A stretch of 59,088 bases of DNA, the filler included, from Sluysia triapertura (Eukaryota): assembly GCA_046118255.1 (NCBI GenBank). It is 5 parts of 5 records of this genome, joined end to end, with 100 filler letters (N's around TTAATTAATTAA, not from the genome) between each part and the next. Parts side by side here need not be neighbours in the genome. Positions count along the whole stretch, not along the records: positions 1 to 10,875 come from JBJNIA010192240.1; positions 10,976 to 22,939 come from JBJNIA010151939.1; 3 more parts are not named here. The stretch is one strand, 5' to 3'. Below are positions 1 through 12,012 of the stretch, one piece after another. The translations under genes were made by a program, and so were the position numbers. Each line of letters starts with the position of its first letter. Within the stretch, counting starts at the first letter, position 1. Below the pieces are notes generated by a model. That model did not search any database, had not been told where the DNA came from, and saw only the letters and a program-made list of their open reading frames with translations.

Positions 1-24
1 TTTAAATATGATTCAAACCATTTT

Positions 25-223
25 ATTGCACTAAATGAGAGACACATTTTTTGGAGATCACAAAGTAATATTTCATGGTCAACTGTATCAAAAGCACCAA
101 AGATATATCTAACGAAACCATCAAAACACATTTATTGTGATTAAAACAATTTAAAATATCGTAATTTATTCTTAAAATAGCCGTTTCATTTGAGTGATAG
201 GCTCTGTAGGCTGACTGATTCAT
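25..223 (-). mobile_element. Non-LTR retrotransposon (CR1/L2-type) reverse transcriptase fragment, frameshifted
   Basis: Translation NQSAYRAYHSNETAILRINYDIL...VLMVSLDI, then a frameshift to AFDTVDH. Matches the LINE RT motif QSAYRxxHSTETAL...DLSAAFDTVDH. Confidence 0.85.
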
Positions 224-1021
224 TATAAGAAATTTACTTTAATGTATATTAATATTTTAAAATATTAATAAGTGGAATAGAAAATTTATTAGAAATCATA
301 TTTAAAAGTTAATAAAAATCTTTAAAAAAATTAAATGGCTGAAATACTTTAATTAATAGAAAATTTTATATTATTAAAATATAATAAATGTTAATTTTTA
401 TTGGTTATTGTATATCTTAAATAGTTTGGGTATAAGTTGATAATTAAAAAGCACCGAAAATATCGAGGTTCTAGCTATTCTAATGGAAAAGTAGAAGTTA
501 AATCCGAACAAAATATAAGTCGAAAATAATTTACAAACTTTTATTAACCATGACACTTACAATACAATACACAAATGTTATACTAACAATGATGTACTAG
601 ATATTAGCAGATTGTTTTTAAATTTAAATTTAATTTAATTATTTTTATTATCATAGTTATTCGCAAACTATTTATTATAAGGTTATAAATATGTAGACTT
701 ACTTTTCCGTCCAATGAAATCATTTCTTCAAATTAAATCTTGTAACTTGAAACCTAATTTGTATTCGAAGGTTTTTTCATTTAATTCTTTTTTATGGTCT
801 ATTTAGTTTTGTATTAGATTTGACATTATACTACAGATATATGATACTAATAATGTTAAACTGGCCACATCATTCTTTACTTCTATTAATGTTAATAATA
901 ATAATAATAACCCTTTAAAGCTTTTTAATGTTTAAATAAAATTAAAATTGGCATTTAATAATTTCTTCAAATAAAATAAAATAATAAATGTTGTCATAAT
1001 TTATTACACGAAAATCCTTTT

Positions 1022-1075
1022 TTGAAATTATTGATTTATTATTGAAATTATTGATTTATTATTGAAATTATTGAA
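1022..1075. repeat. 20-bp tandem repeat x~2.7 (TTGAAATTATTGATTTATTA)
   Basis: Directly visible tandem units. Confidence 0.8.
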
Positions 1076-1650
1076 TAAACATTGATTTTGTTTTTTATTA
1101 ATTAATAAATAATTAACGAAATATAAAAAATAAAAATTATATTTATTATTTGTTTATTATTGTCTTAATAGTTTCTGTAAACGATTATAATCATTTATTT
1201 AATTTAAATTTCATTTTTGTTTTAAATAACACTTAAATGTGAAACGTATTTTTTATTTAATATTTTAAAAGGAAAAAAATGATTTTAAACATTACATTTG
1301 AAATATTTTAATAATAATAATAATAATAAAATTTTGAAACAATAAATATTTTATCATAACAATTGTTATAACTAGAAATTTTAAAATTTATTTCATTTCA
1401 ATGTTATTTACTCAAATTAATATTTTCAAGAATTAAGTATCACCATTTTTAACTTGCTATCTTATCAATAAAAATGTTTGCTTATCTTAACATTATTATT
1501 TGTTTTTTTCACAGTCAATTATAGTACTTTTTGATGCCTATAACATAGTGATAAGATAACTTGAATTATACGTACTTGTATTAAATCGCTTCAAGATAAA
1601 GACATGATTAAATAAATTAATTATATTAATTAAAATTTTATATTGAAATG

Positions 1651-2116
1651 TAATCCCTTTCCCCGCCGCTGGGACCAATTGGTCCCACTCGTATTTCTGC
1701 AAGTTTCTCAGGCTTAAGCAGGTCAAGTTATATATTGTTTTAGAGGATTAAATAAGGACAATGTTTTGCATAATTGTTTCTACTTTTAAAAGAAAAATAT
1801 TTGAATCAAATAAAATAAGTAAAAATATTATAAAGTCTAAAGTTATTATTATTTTTGTTAGAAGATGGCAGATTGCTTTAGAACATTCCACACATTATAT
1901 TACACTTTGATAGAGAATACTAAATTTACCAATTTTCACATGTTATGCTGTTTTATTGAAAATTCATGAAAAATTATACATTTTTTATTAATTTTGAAAT
2001 TAACACTAGCGAAAGTGGCGCCAGCTTTTGAATGGTTTTTCTGACATATATTTCATAGAGTCTCTCAAATAAATTTATGTTCGCAAAAATGCGCTCACTG
2101 GCGGTTAAATGGTTAA
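1651..2116. mobile_element. Degenerate piggyBac-like MITE
   Basis: Left end TAATCCCTTTCCCCGCC and right end GGCGGTTAAATGGTTAA are imperfect inverted repeats ending in TTAA. Internal palindrome GGGACCAATTGGTCCC at 1671-1686. Confidence 0.5.
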
Positions 2117-2579
2117 ATAAATGAAATATTTTCTAATATTATTATTACTACTATTATTTTTATCATTATTATTATTATAGTTATAGTTATAATTGTGATA
2201 ACAAAAATAACTCAAATATTCAATTTCAGTGTACAGAAAATTGAAAAAACAAAAATGTGAGAACATTTGATACCAGCTACAGCTCTATTTGAGTATAAAT
2301 AATTTCTGGCAGTAAAGTAGTGATCAAAACACTATGAGTAAAATAAGTGCTTGTTGGCTTGAATTAGAAATGCAGTTGAAGAGTTGGTAGGTAAACAGTA
2401 GCAATCATTTCTCCCATAAATACACTAATGAGGATGCAATAGAAATTTTGGAACTTTTAAAAATTTTTAGCACTTGCTACAGAAAATGAAGATGAAAATA
2501 ATTAAATATACACATAAAATTGATTTATTATTACTTTTAATATGTGACTTTAAAATATAATTTGATAAAATTTCAAAAT

Positions 2580-3500
2580 TGTATTACTTTGTTGTGGTGG
2601 CCAACCTTTCACTATTAACAAATTTTATTAAAATCTTTCCTTCTTAATACAAAAAAATCACATTCACCCTCAAAATTTACAATTTACATTCAAAAATCAA
2701 CACTTTGTATATAAAACCATATTCTCTAACATTTTAACATTCCCATATTTATCTCCTTTACATCCACTAAAACAATTTCATCCGCTAAAATCATTTTAAA
2801 TCCACAATCTCATAATATTCAAACCATCAAGTTACATTAAAAAAAGTTTATCTAAAATATTCTATTCTTCATTTCACCAAAGTTCAATTACTACGTACCA
2901 AAATCTAAACTATAACTTATCTCCTTTCCAAACACTAAACTACACTTTCGTTCAATGCATTTTAAGTCACACCTCCAAATAGCTAAACATTACTTTCACT
3001 CAAAACTTCAATGTATATTTATCATTCATTTTAAACAGTCAAATTATTTCAAAATATTTAAATCATAACTTTTCAATACTCAAGCTCATCTTCAGTCAAA
3101 AACATTAATTAGCATCTAAAAATTCATTGTAAACACTCTACACATAATCATACAGCATTATAACCACAATCACATATTAAAACATCAAGCATACATTTAA
3201 AACTAATTCAAACTAATTTTCATTTAAACCTGTTTTTGTCAAAATAAATTTAAATATGTCAAGAAATATTAAAGATCTAAAAGCAAGATGATGTAAATTT
3301 TAAGATTTTAAAGAATTTAAGAACTTTATGTATTTATAATAATAATAATGACGATAACATTGTTGCTGTTGTTATTGTTATTATCATTTTTAATTTTCTT
3401 TAATTTTTAATATTTTAAAAAAGATCTTTAAAAGATTTATGTATTTAAATAATAATGATAATAGCACCATTGTTATTATTATTATCACCATTTTTATTTT
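2580..3500 (+). repeat. Strand-skewed (A/C-rich, G-poor) periodic tract, copy A of the unclassified multi-gene element
   Basis: Begins GTGGTGGCCAAC and resembles the reverse complement of 41880-42800 (GTTGGTCACCAC) and 37680-38385. Followed by an AT-rich, T-rich tract. Confidence 0.7.
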
Positions 3501-3524
3501 TATTTATCAATCTGCTAATTTAAT

Positions 3525-3775
3525 TGACACTATCGATGGTGACACTATGAGTAGATATGTGTGAAGTGTTGTCATCATCGATGGTGGTTGATTTATTTGC
3601 TTGACGTGGATTTCGCTGCATTATTGGCTGTCTAATCACAACCATTCTTTTCATTAATTTTACTGATTTAATTAGACAGCCAATGGTGACAGTTGAATCA
3701 CACTGAAAATTGTCAACATTACAATTTGGTAGTAGTGCGGCCAACTAGGGCACGGCATGAGTGTTGCCGTGAGCG
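3525..3775. other. Cluster of four inverted repeats (hairpins) upstream of the copy A ORF
   Basis: GACACTATCGATGGTGACA/TGTCATCATCGATGGTGGT; ATTGGCTGTCTAAT/ATTAGACAGCCAAT (perfect 14 bp); TGACAGTT/AATTGTCA; CACGGCA/TGCCGTG (perfect 7 bp). Confidence 0.75.
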
Positions 3776-3938
3776 GTGCTACACACAGATCATCGTTAGG
3801 AGTACTGAAAATCAAAATTTTGGTGATAATAGACTACACTTACATTGCTGACAATTAATATAAGACAGTTTAGTTTAGAATTATCTAACAATTGAAAAGT
3901 AACGGTTAAATCAATCATAAATATTAAAAAATATTGAA

Positions 3939-5237
3939 TTGCCAGATATGATTTTCAATCTTATTAATTTGTCTTTATCAATATCTTCTAATTATTTCAA
4001 AAATCATTTTAGAACCAAGTCACATATTAAAATTAGTAATTTTCAACAAGATAAAGAAAATTTTAATAAGATTTTTAATCATATTCATGTTAAGGATATT
4101 GAATTAACAGTAATAGATGTTATGACTATATTAGATGGTACGGAATGTTTAGAAGTGAGTTGAAAATTTAATTTAGTTCATAAGCGTAAAAAATTTGTTG
4201 ATCATATAGTTCATCAAACTGAATATTTCCATGGCATTGAATATTTAGTGTATCTAATTGAAAATGCATTAAAATACAATATTCGTTCTGAACAATTAAA
4301 AGAACAACCTTTAAATTTGGTAGTTCATATTTGGCTACGTCAGTATACCTGCCACAAGATACCTCGAAAAGATCAATATTTAGATGACAATTTGATATTT
4401 ACATCCACAACAAATTTACATTATTCATTGATTATTATGTTTACTGAAATGAACCTAATTGATGTAGATAAATATTATGGTATTGACAAATCCTTGATGG
4501 ATAATTTTCATACAATAATTTCGGAATCATCCGACGATAAGTCAAGTAAACGTGACAATGAAATTAAGAACGGTTATGCAAGTTCAAACGAAAGTATTAA
4601 TCAAGACTATGATAATAAAAATTACAATAAAATGATACAATTACTGAATTTGATAAAACAGCAGTCCTTAATAAAATTTTAGAAACATTATTGGATTTAA
4701 TAAATAGAGGAGTTCATATTGGCGTAGATAAGCTAAAAGACATAATAGATTTTTGTGATCACAAAGATGTTAAAGAATTAATTGATGCAGCAATCAAGTC
4801 GAATGGAATTGACATTGTATTAACCAATCATAACGTTTATTCGCATGTCCCTAATCATACGCTTCATGATAAAGTTTCAAAAGAAATCATATGTAAAAGG
4901 ATAAAACAATTAAATAAGGGCAAAGCCTATCACTGATTATCAAACCAATGTTACAAGTTATTCTGAGGACGCACAAAGTAATAATTTGGCCACCGAATCA
5001 ACGAAAGATACTCATGCTACTAAGATTAATCGAATGCTATGTCCTTACAAATCAAATCTCAACGGCCAATGTCTAAGATTTGGAACTACATGCAGATTTG
5101 CACACAATATAAACCAACTTGAAGAACCAATACCCTCTGGCAGCTTCCCAACATCACATAAAAATAGATTAGATAAATATAGAAATTGTCCCGAAGACGA
5201 AATTCTCGTGCCAAATCAACGATTCGAATTCAAATAA
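3939..5237 (+). pseudogene. Disrupted ~430-aa ORF ending in a CCCH zinc finger, with possible CARD/DED-like helical domains (element copy A)
   Basis: ORFs 3939-4163 and 4248-4682 are in one frame, separated by a single TGA. ORFs 4691-4936 and 4986-5237 follow through frameshifts. C-terminal CPYKSNLNGQCLRFGTTCRFAHNINQL is a C-x9-C-x6-C-x3-H finger. Confidence 0.65.
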
Positions 5238-6004
5238 AGTAAAAATTTATAAATCTAATAACAAATTTTTATTATTTATGTCTTTTATTTTAGATGTTGG
5301 AACTTTTATAGATCCCAAATGGCATATTTTGGAAGATTCAACTTTAATTTATGTTTTAAATTTAATAATCAATAGATTTAAGGAATTTCGTTTTTCTTCT
5401 TTTAGTTCAATCAGTTTAGAAGTTACTTTCATCACATTTGTAAAAATTATGAACACGTTTTATAATTTGAGAATTTATCAAAATTTGCTTTACAAACTGA
5501 TAAATTTTAAGATATTATTTATTTACTGAAATATAAATTTAAAAATTTGTATGTTTTTTAATCATAATAAATCTTATGTGTTGCTTTCGAGATTTAAATG
5601 TGTATATTTTAAGTGCACATTAAGTTATATCTTAACTAACTTTTCAAGATCTTTCAAATAATATTAGAAAATATTTTTATATAAGAACTACTAGAGTTAA
5701 TTCATTTGTTCTATCGAACATCAGATTCAATATTGTATTATATCATCTACATCAGATATGTACACAAAAATTAACCTTACACAAATTTCAAAACATATCC
5801 CATTGCATAATACCATATGCACTTCTAAAATAATAAAATTTTAAACAAATTTAATACATTAACCTTATTAAATTTCAACTTTTGTAAACCACATAATTGC
5901 GATTGTCATATTATGGTTATTCATTTTCTACCCTTCTATTTTCTTCATATTTCATCTTTTATTCATTTAATTTGAAAGTGATTTGTTAATTCTAATTTTT
6001 TTAT

Positions 6005-6110
6005 TTCGTCAATGTGCTCACTGGTTAGTTTTAATAGTCACTTTGGAGTTGTCGAGAAGAACAACTTATATTTACGGTGGGATGGTAAATTTAAAAATCA
6101 AACATTGCTA
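6005..6110 (+). mobile_element. Penelope-like RT fragment
   Basis: LEL..RTTY / LRWDGKFKNQ across a frameshift resembles the PLE RT motif TYFxFNGxxYKQ. Confidence 0.4.
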
Positions 6111-7499
6111 AAAATAAGTGAAATAGATAACTACTGATAGTTGCTTTAATCAAAACAGTAAATACAATTGAAACTCAAAAACAAAAGTAGAAAAACTAAT
6201 TTAAAAGAAAATAAAAAAGCATTAGTATATTTAGCAAATAATGTGTATTTACTTGAACAGATTTGTCTGCTTGATGAAACAATTTTTGATCAATCATTTA
6301 GTAATAGTTATGCAATCGAGGAACAACTGAAGAATGAATTTATTGTGAACTTCCTTTATTAATCTATGTTAATCTAGGTTAAGAAATATTAATTATTATT
6401 GTGATATTATTTTTAGAATATAGTTTATTAATATTAAGAACTTACAAGGTCACAGTTAGTCTCAAAAGTTAATATTTCAGTTATTATATCTACGATTTCT
6501 GAATAGATCAATGTCACTTTAAAATATAATGAAATGTGAGTTCACAAAATGAATGTTCAGTTCACATGGTTACCAGAGAAGAAATATTTGAAGTTCTACA
6601 AAGTTCTAAATTTCGATCATTATGAAATATCGCATAATGATAATCGTTCTCATATTATAAAGTCAGCTTTTATTAACATTTCTTGGAAAGATTGTGATAC
6701 TTTGATGAAGCCAGATTATTTTAGCAGCAATGAAACGTTTAAATATAATGGGGTTTTGTGATACATGGTTTGAAAATCAAGCTATATTTGTGCAATTAGA
6801 ATTTATGATAGGTGCTACATTTCAGTGTACGTGGTATGGGACAGATAAAAATAACAAGACTCAATTTGAAAATATGTTGCTCTATATTCGAATAAAACAA
6901 TAAATTACTCTTTCAATCTTCACTTAAAAAATTTATATTTAATAAATTTCAAATTATAAATACAATGAAATTCAGGAGATAGAAAAAACATATTTACATA
7001 TTATTACATATTGACCACAATGATAAACAGTCATTGCGCAATAGCCCTTACATCTTTTCAACACTTTAATTTCACCATTCTTCGACTATTACCACCATTT
7101 TGTAAGCGTTAACATTTGATAAAATAAATATTCAAAAAGATAAAAATGACTTTATCATCAATATTTTATCAGCATTAATATCTATTTCAAATAATTATTC
7201 GAAATTTATTGTCATTTTATTTTGACATTATTATTATTATTGTTATTATTATTGTTATTTTTATATTTATTACAAAATTTTATTATGTCTATTAGTTTAA
7301 TTTCAAAAATTACTATATTTTATTACTATTATTAAAAGTTATTTATTATCCTCGAAGATCAGTTGTACTATAACAATTAGAAGACGATAGAAGTTAAATT
7401 TCTGCATATGTTTTATGAGTATTTAGTGATAACAATAGATATTCATAACAGAATGTAACATTTATTATAATAGACATTTAAAAATATATAATAAAAGTT

Positions 7500-7830
7500 T
7501 CTAATATATTATATGATGATACTGCATGCAACTTCAAAAAACATGAACTTCTGTAAATGAATGAAGAATTATGTAAAAGTTTGTCATATCTTACTGGCGA
7601 TTCACGTTCGTTTATAGGTCAAAGTAAAAGAAATATTCTCAAAACATTAATTAATTAATTTATTATTGAATTATTCGACAAAATATAAAGATTATATTAT
7701 AACTCAAATTTTGGAAATAATGTGTAAATTTTTTGCACAACTTGAACCCTTCTTGAATAATTAAATGGATTAGATTTGCGAAAAATATATAGAGAATTAT
7801 TTGGATCCTTGGAAAATCTCAATGGACCAT
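7500..7830 (+). mobile_element. Penelope-like GIY-YIG endonuclease remnant
   Basis: SRSFIGQSKRNILKT at ~7603-7648 resembles YIGQTxRxLxxR. Multiple stops. Confidence 0.6.
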
Positions 7831-7870
7831 TTGAAAGTGTTTTTAAACTTTCATCAGTTTAAAAGCTCAA

Positions 7871-7947
7871 TTGTATGAGTTGTTTGGTCTTGATGCTCCT
7901 GATGAAGTGGAACCCAAAGATTTTCCAATGAAAATCTATAACTCAAT
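7871..7947 (+). ncRNA. Degenerate hammerhead-ribozyme-like motif downstream of the Penelope endonuclease
   Basis: CTGATGA (7899) - stem II AGTGGAA/TTCCAAT - GAAA (7930). Flanking TGAGTTG/TAACTCA can pair. Stem III and the cleavage triplet are poorly formed. Confidence 0.45.
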
Positions 7948-8799
7948 ATTTTATTTAATAGCACTAAAGTAATTAAAGTTTAAAAAATATAAGTGTAAAA
8001 GAAAACAAAACCAAAATTGAATTAAACGCATATGATATATTTGTACAAAAAATGCAAAATCAAAATCGGCTGAATTTAAATCAACTATTTATATCAAAAA
8101 AGCAATTCTATTTTATTTTACAATTACATTTTCCTCTTGTTTTATTGGTAATTAAAAATGACTGTACAAAAATTATAAATGCTATAACTGTGCATGTAAT
8201 GAATTTAACTAATAATATTATATGAATAAATGTAAATAAATCAAATATTAACATGCACCTAATAGAATTTAATGTTTATATATGAGATTAAATATACTAA
8301 AAATGAATTTGATTAAATATATTAAATAACGCAGATAAACAATTTATAAAATATAAACTTTTTTGAATAGTTAAAATTGAAACCAGTTATTGAGATCATC
8401 ACAATTAAAATTCGAATCGAGATCGTCACAATTGAAATCGAAATTTGTAATCGAAATCGTCAACTGAACATTTGTAATCAAGATAGTTATAATTCAGATT
8501 CGATAAGATTTTTTTCAAAGTTTATTTTATTATAATTTTGAGCAGGTTTAGAATTAAATAATTAAAATTTCATTATTATTTTATATATTTTGTCTTATGT
8601 AAATAATTTTTGTGTTGCAGTAGCTAGATAAATTTTTTCTTGTCCTGTAATACATTTATAATAAAACTGGACATTTATTAATTTGCTAGAGAGGTTGAAA
8701 AATAAGATTTAACGATAATAAATTATAAAATTTTAATTGGCACTTCCATTTAGTATTGAAATTAGAAATAAAATTAGAAAAGAGAATTTAATATGAAGC

Positions 8800-9080
8800 T
8801 AATAAAACAATTGTAGAAAATAAGCTTTAAATAAATTAAAGAAAAAGTTATTTGATCAAAACTTCAAAATACGATTTTATAGCTAAGTCAGTAAAAGAGT
8901 TATAAAGAATAAGTTTTAAGAATTAAGTCAAGATTAAAATAAACTAAAAATTTATAATTAACCCAAAAAAAGGATCACAAAGCTAAATTGTACTAATGTA
9001 ACAAAATTTACAATACAATAAAATATTAGAGTATTTAAAAATGCTGATGATTATATACTTATTCACTATAAGCTTCTGAG
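8800..9080 (+). repeat. A-rich dispersed repeat, similar to 23250-23560 (decayed coding sequence, family unassigned)
   Basis: Shared words AAGCT..AA...GATCAA, AGCT.AGTCA.T.AA.GA.TTATA.AGAATAA in the same order at both loci. Confidence 0.45.
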
Positions 9081-9742
9081 ACTAGAAACCTTAATGAATT
9101 TAGATTGTTTCCACTAGGATTAATCAAATTCAAGATTCAGTTAAAATTTTGGCGAAATTAATTTGATAATTTGATAAACAATATCGTCATAGTGTAAGTA
9201 GTTTTGGTAGCTTTTTATTTTTAAACTGTATTTTGTCGTAATTTATTACTGGAACCAGAGTTCCTCTAAAATCAAAGTATTTAAAATGCGACCCTTAGTT
9301 TCAAATTTAAAATCTTCAAAATGAAAAATGAATTTAACGTTAAAGATTATTGTACAAACATTAAACATTGATAAATTGTCCATCAATAAAAACCATATAT
9401 TTAATATTTAAATTCAACATTGTTAGCCGATGTGTTTAAATTTAAAAAGCCTTTGATTATATATTTGACAAATGTTACAAAATATGTTAAGGTTTTTCTT
9501 AACTAACTGTATCATAATTTTTTAGAGTTTCAGATAAGATTGGCCTTTTTCTTACCACAATAATCTGACAGCTCAGAGTAATAATACACTAACTGATTCT
9601 GAAATACCTCTTTAAAATAGAAACACCCTCATTATAAAACTGTTTAATATCAGTTTTGGTGGATCTTTATTGTATTTTCACATATTAAAAATTTCAAACA
9701 AACAATGTCTTACTTATTTCAATTTATTATTTTAACATTTAG

Positions 9743-9902
9743 TAAAAGAAGCGCGTAATTTAGTTCCTATGGATCCCAATGGACTTGCTGATCCTTACGT
9801 GAAAATTAAACTAATGCCAAGTGATGAACAAAAAGATAAAAAATTCAAAACTAAAACGGTAAGATCAAGCTTAAATCCTGTTTGGAATGAATCATTTCAT
9901 AT
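9743..9902 (+). CDS. PKC: Internal exon of a conventional protein kinase C (alpha/beta/gamma type), C2 domain
   Basis: TTTAG|TAAAAGAA...CATAT|GTTAG. Encodes (V)[52 protein letters not shown], close to the cPKC C2 signature NLIPMDPNGLSDPYVKLKL...KTKT.RS.LNP.WNESF. Confidence 0.93.
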
Positions 9903-10029
9903 GTTAGTTGTAAATAAGTATTTAATGAATTTTTTGATTATTCATTTAATATTTAATATCTTATATTTATTTTTGTTTTCGTTTTTTAAAGTAATTTTAA
10001 ATGAACAACATAGAAAATACTATTCAAAG

Positions 10030-10640
10030 AACAGAAGAACTAGTATATGAATTGATAAAATTGTTTGAAAAGTCAGATTTTATAATCTTCAGTAATTAAA
10101 ATAGCTACAATACCAAAATAAATGAAACAAAATTAATTGGTAAGATACTAGAAGTGAAACTAAAAGTAGGAAAATATAGGCTGCTATCTGGATTTAAAAA
10201 TATCAATTAAAGAAAATATCAAATATTCGCAAATTCATTAATAAAGAAACAACTAAATTAATTGTTTAATCATTGTGACCTAATAACACAGATTTTAACA
10301 ATTGTATATTGTACTCAATTTCATATAGAAAAGTGAATAAATTACAATTAATAAGTAATCTAGTAGTAAGGGTAATTTTTCCAGTGGGAGCAAGATCTCT
10401 CTTAAGGAATTATATGGGTTGCCAATAAAAGCAAGAATAGAATTCAAAATCATGACAGTAATTTACAAATAATAAAAAATTTGGAAACCAACATGAATAT
10501 TTCATTGCGACATAATAATCTATAGAGAATCTGCAGTGATAATAGGAGGTATACCGTTTATGTTTCAAAAAATGTACAACCAGTTACCAGATAATGTCAA
10601 ATTACTGGAAGATTATGAAATATTTAAGAAAAAGTAGAGT
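10030..10640 (+). mobile_element. Penelope-like element remnant (RT C-terminus/linker to endonuclease end)
   Basis: YLDLKISI; NNCILYSISYRKVNKLQLISNLVVRVIF (cf. PLE SxHPxxxKxxIIxxLxxRA); IYRESAVII (cf. RxxxESxxI). Confidence 0.6.
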
Positions 10641-10875
10641 TATTTCTGTTTCAAAAATATTATAATGAATGAATGAATGTAAAAAGTACGTAAAAGAAAC
10701 TGTTTTACTGTCATTTTGATATTTACATCTTAACCCTTATATAATCCTTAAGTCTTTCGATCTTAAGCATTACAACCATTCAGTTTATTAGTTTATTTCA
10801 TTTAATTTAATAATAAAAATAATAAATTATTTTTTCAAATTCACTTTTCTGTTATTGTACACAGAATAATTTGTT

Positions 10876-10975
10876 NNNNNNNNNNNNNNNNNNNNNNNNN
10901 NNNNNNNNNNNNNNNNNNNTTAATTAATTAANNNNNNNNNNNNNNNNNNNNNNNNNNNNNNNNNNNNNNNNNNNN
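10876..10975. other. Assembly gap with artificial linker (44 N + TTAATTAATTAA + 44 N); the same at 22940-23039, 35555-35654 and 47753-47852
   Basis: Identical 100-bp construct four times. TTAATTAATTAA gives stops in all six frames. Confidence 0.95.
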
Positions 10976-11005
10976 GATTCTTATTTCAACGATGTTTATA
11001 ATACT

Positions 11006-12012
11006 TCATCTGTTACTTCTCATCAATTCTTCCTTCATTTGTAATTCTATGTTTTTTACTCGTCTCTTAATCCAAAGTTGGACAATCCCAACAATTTTAA
11101 ATTTAACAATATTCATAAAATTTAATCCAAACAATGTAACTAAATTAACGAACGTTGTTATATTTAACGAAAACAACCAAAATAAAAGAATAAAATGCAT
11201 ACATGAATGAGTCAATGGAAGCATAGAAATAATAGAAGTAATAGAAGTACGAATCAGAATATACATAAATACTGAAAGAGCAGTATGAAAGTGATGTTCA
11301 GAAATTTTGAAATTAGCTTCATATAAACTGAATATTACGAATGCCATTTGTACTAGGAAAAGTGTAAAAGTAATAAACGTTTGTAGGAAGTTAAATTTTG
11401 GTGGATAATAAAGTTTCAACGTCAGTGATATGTGAATTTTGACACATACTAATTGCAAATCGTAGATCACCAGTGTTATTGAAATTTGAATGCAAAATAT
11501 TGTTGTGGTTTTCATAATATGAGTACAATTCATTAATTTGACTAGAACATAACTTAATAACCGATAAAAATAGCGAAGATTAACGAATATCATTAATTAA
11601 TGCCATATTTCATAATTCTGCTAATTTGTGATAGGTATATATTGATTTATTTTTACCACATTAATTATTAATTAATATTAATAAAATAATAATTTTTAAA
11701 ATATTTTCAAAATTTTACGAATTTTCATTTAATTCATGTTTTGACTCTGTATAATAATTGTTAAATTTGTAAGATGGTGTAATTTTCCTAAAATCCATGG
11801 TTGATCTATATATACCAAACAGAAATAAAAAAATAATAATAAATATACAAGAAACAATAAATAAACATATATAAAAGAAACAACTTTACAATATAATGAA
11901 GTAGAAGTAGCAGATATAATAATAAATATATGCATAAAGATGAACATAGATGCATGCAGAAAAGGAACATTATAACAACATTTATAAACAGTGTAACGAC
12001 GATAGTTATCAT
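11006..12012 (-). pseudogene. Tandem hydrophobic multi-pass membrane ORFs (11806-12012/11729-11947 frameshifted pair, and 11006-11593), possibly part of the unclassified element
   Basis: Successive 20-aa hydrophobic segments. Similar in character to 32017-32268 and 34888-35502. No recognisable family motif. Confidence 0.4.

Noticed and set aside
10920-10931. TTAATTAATTAA islands inside N runs (four times)
   Set aside because: Scaffolding linker with stops in all six frames, not biological. It also makes adjacency across these gaps uncertain.
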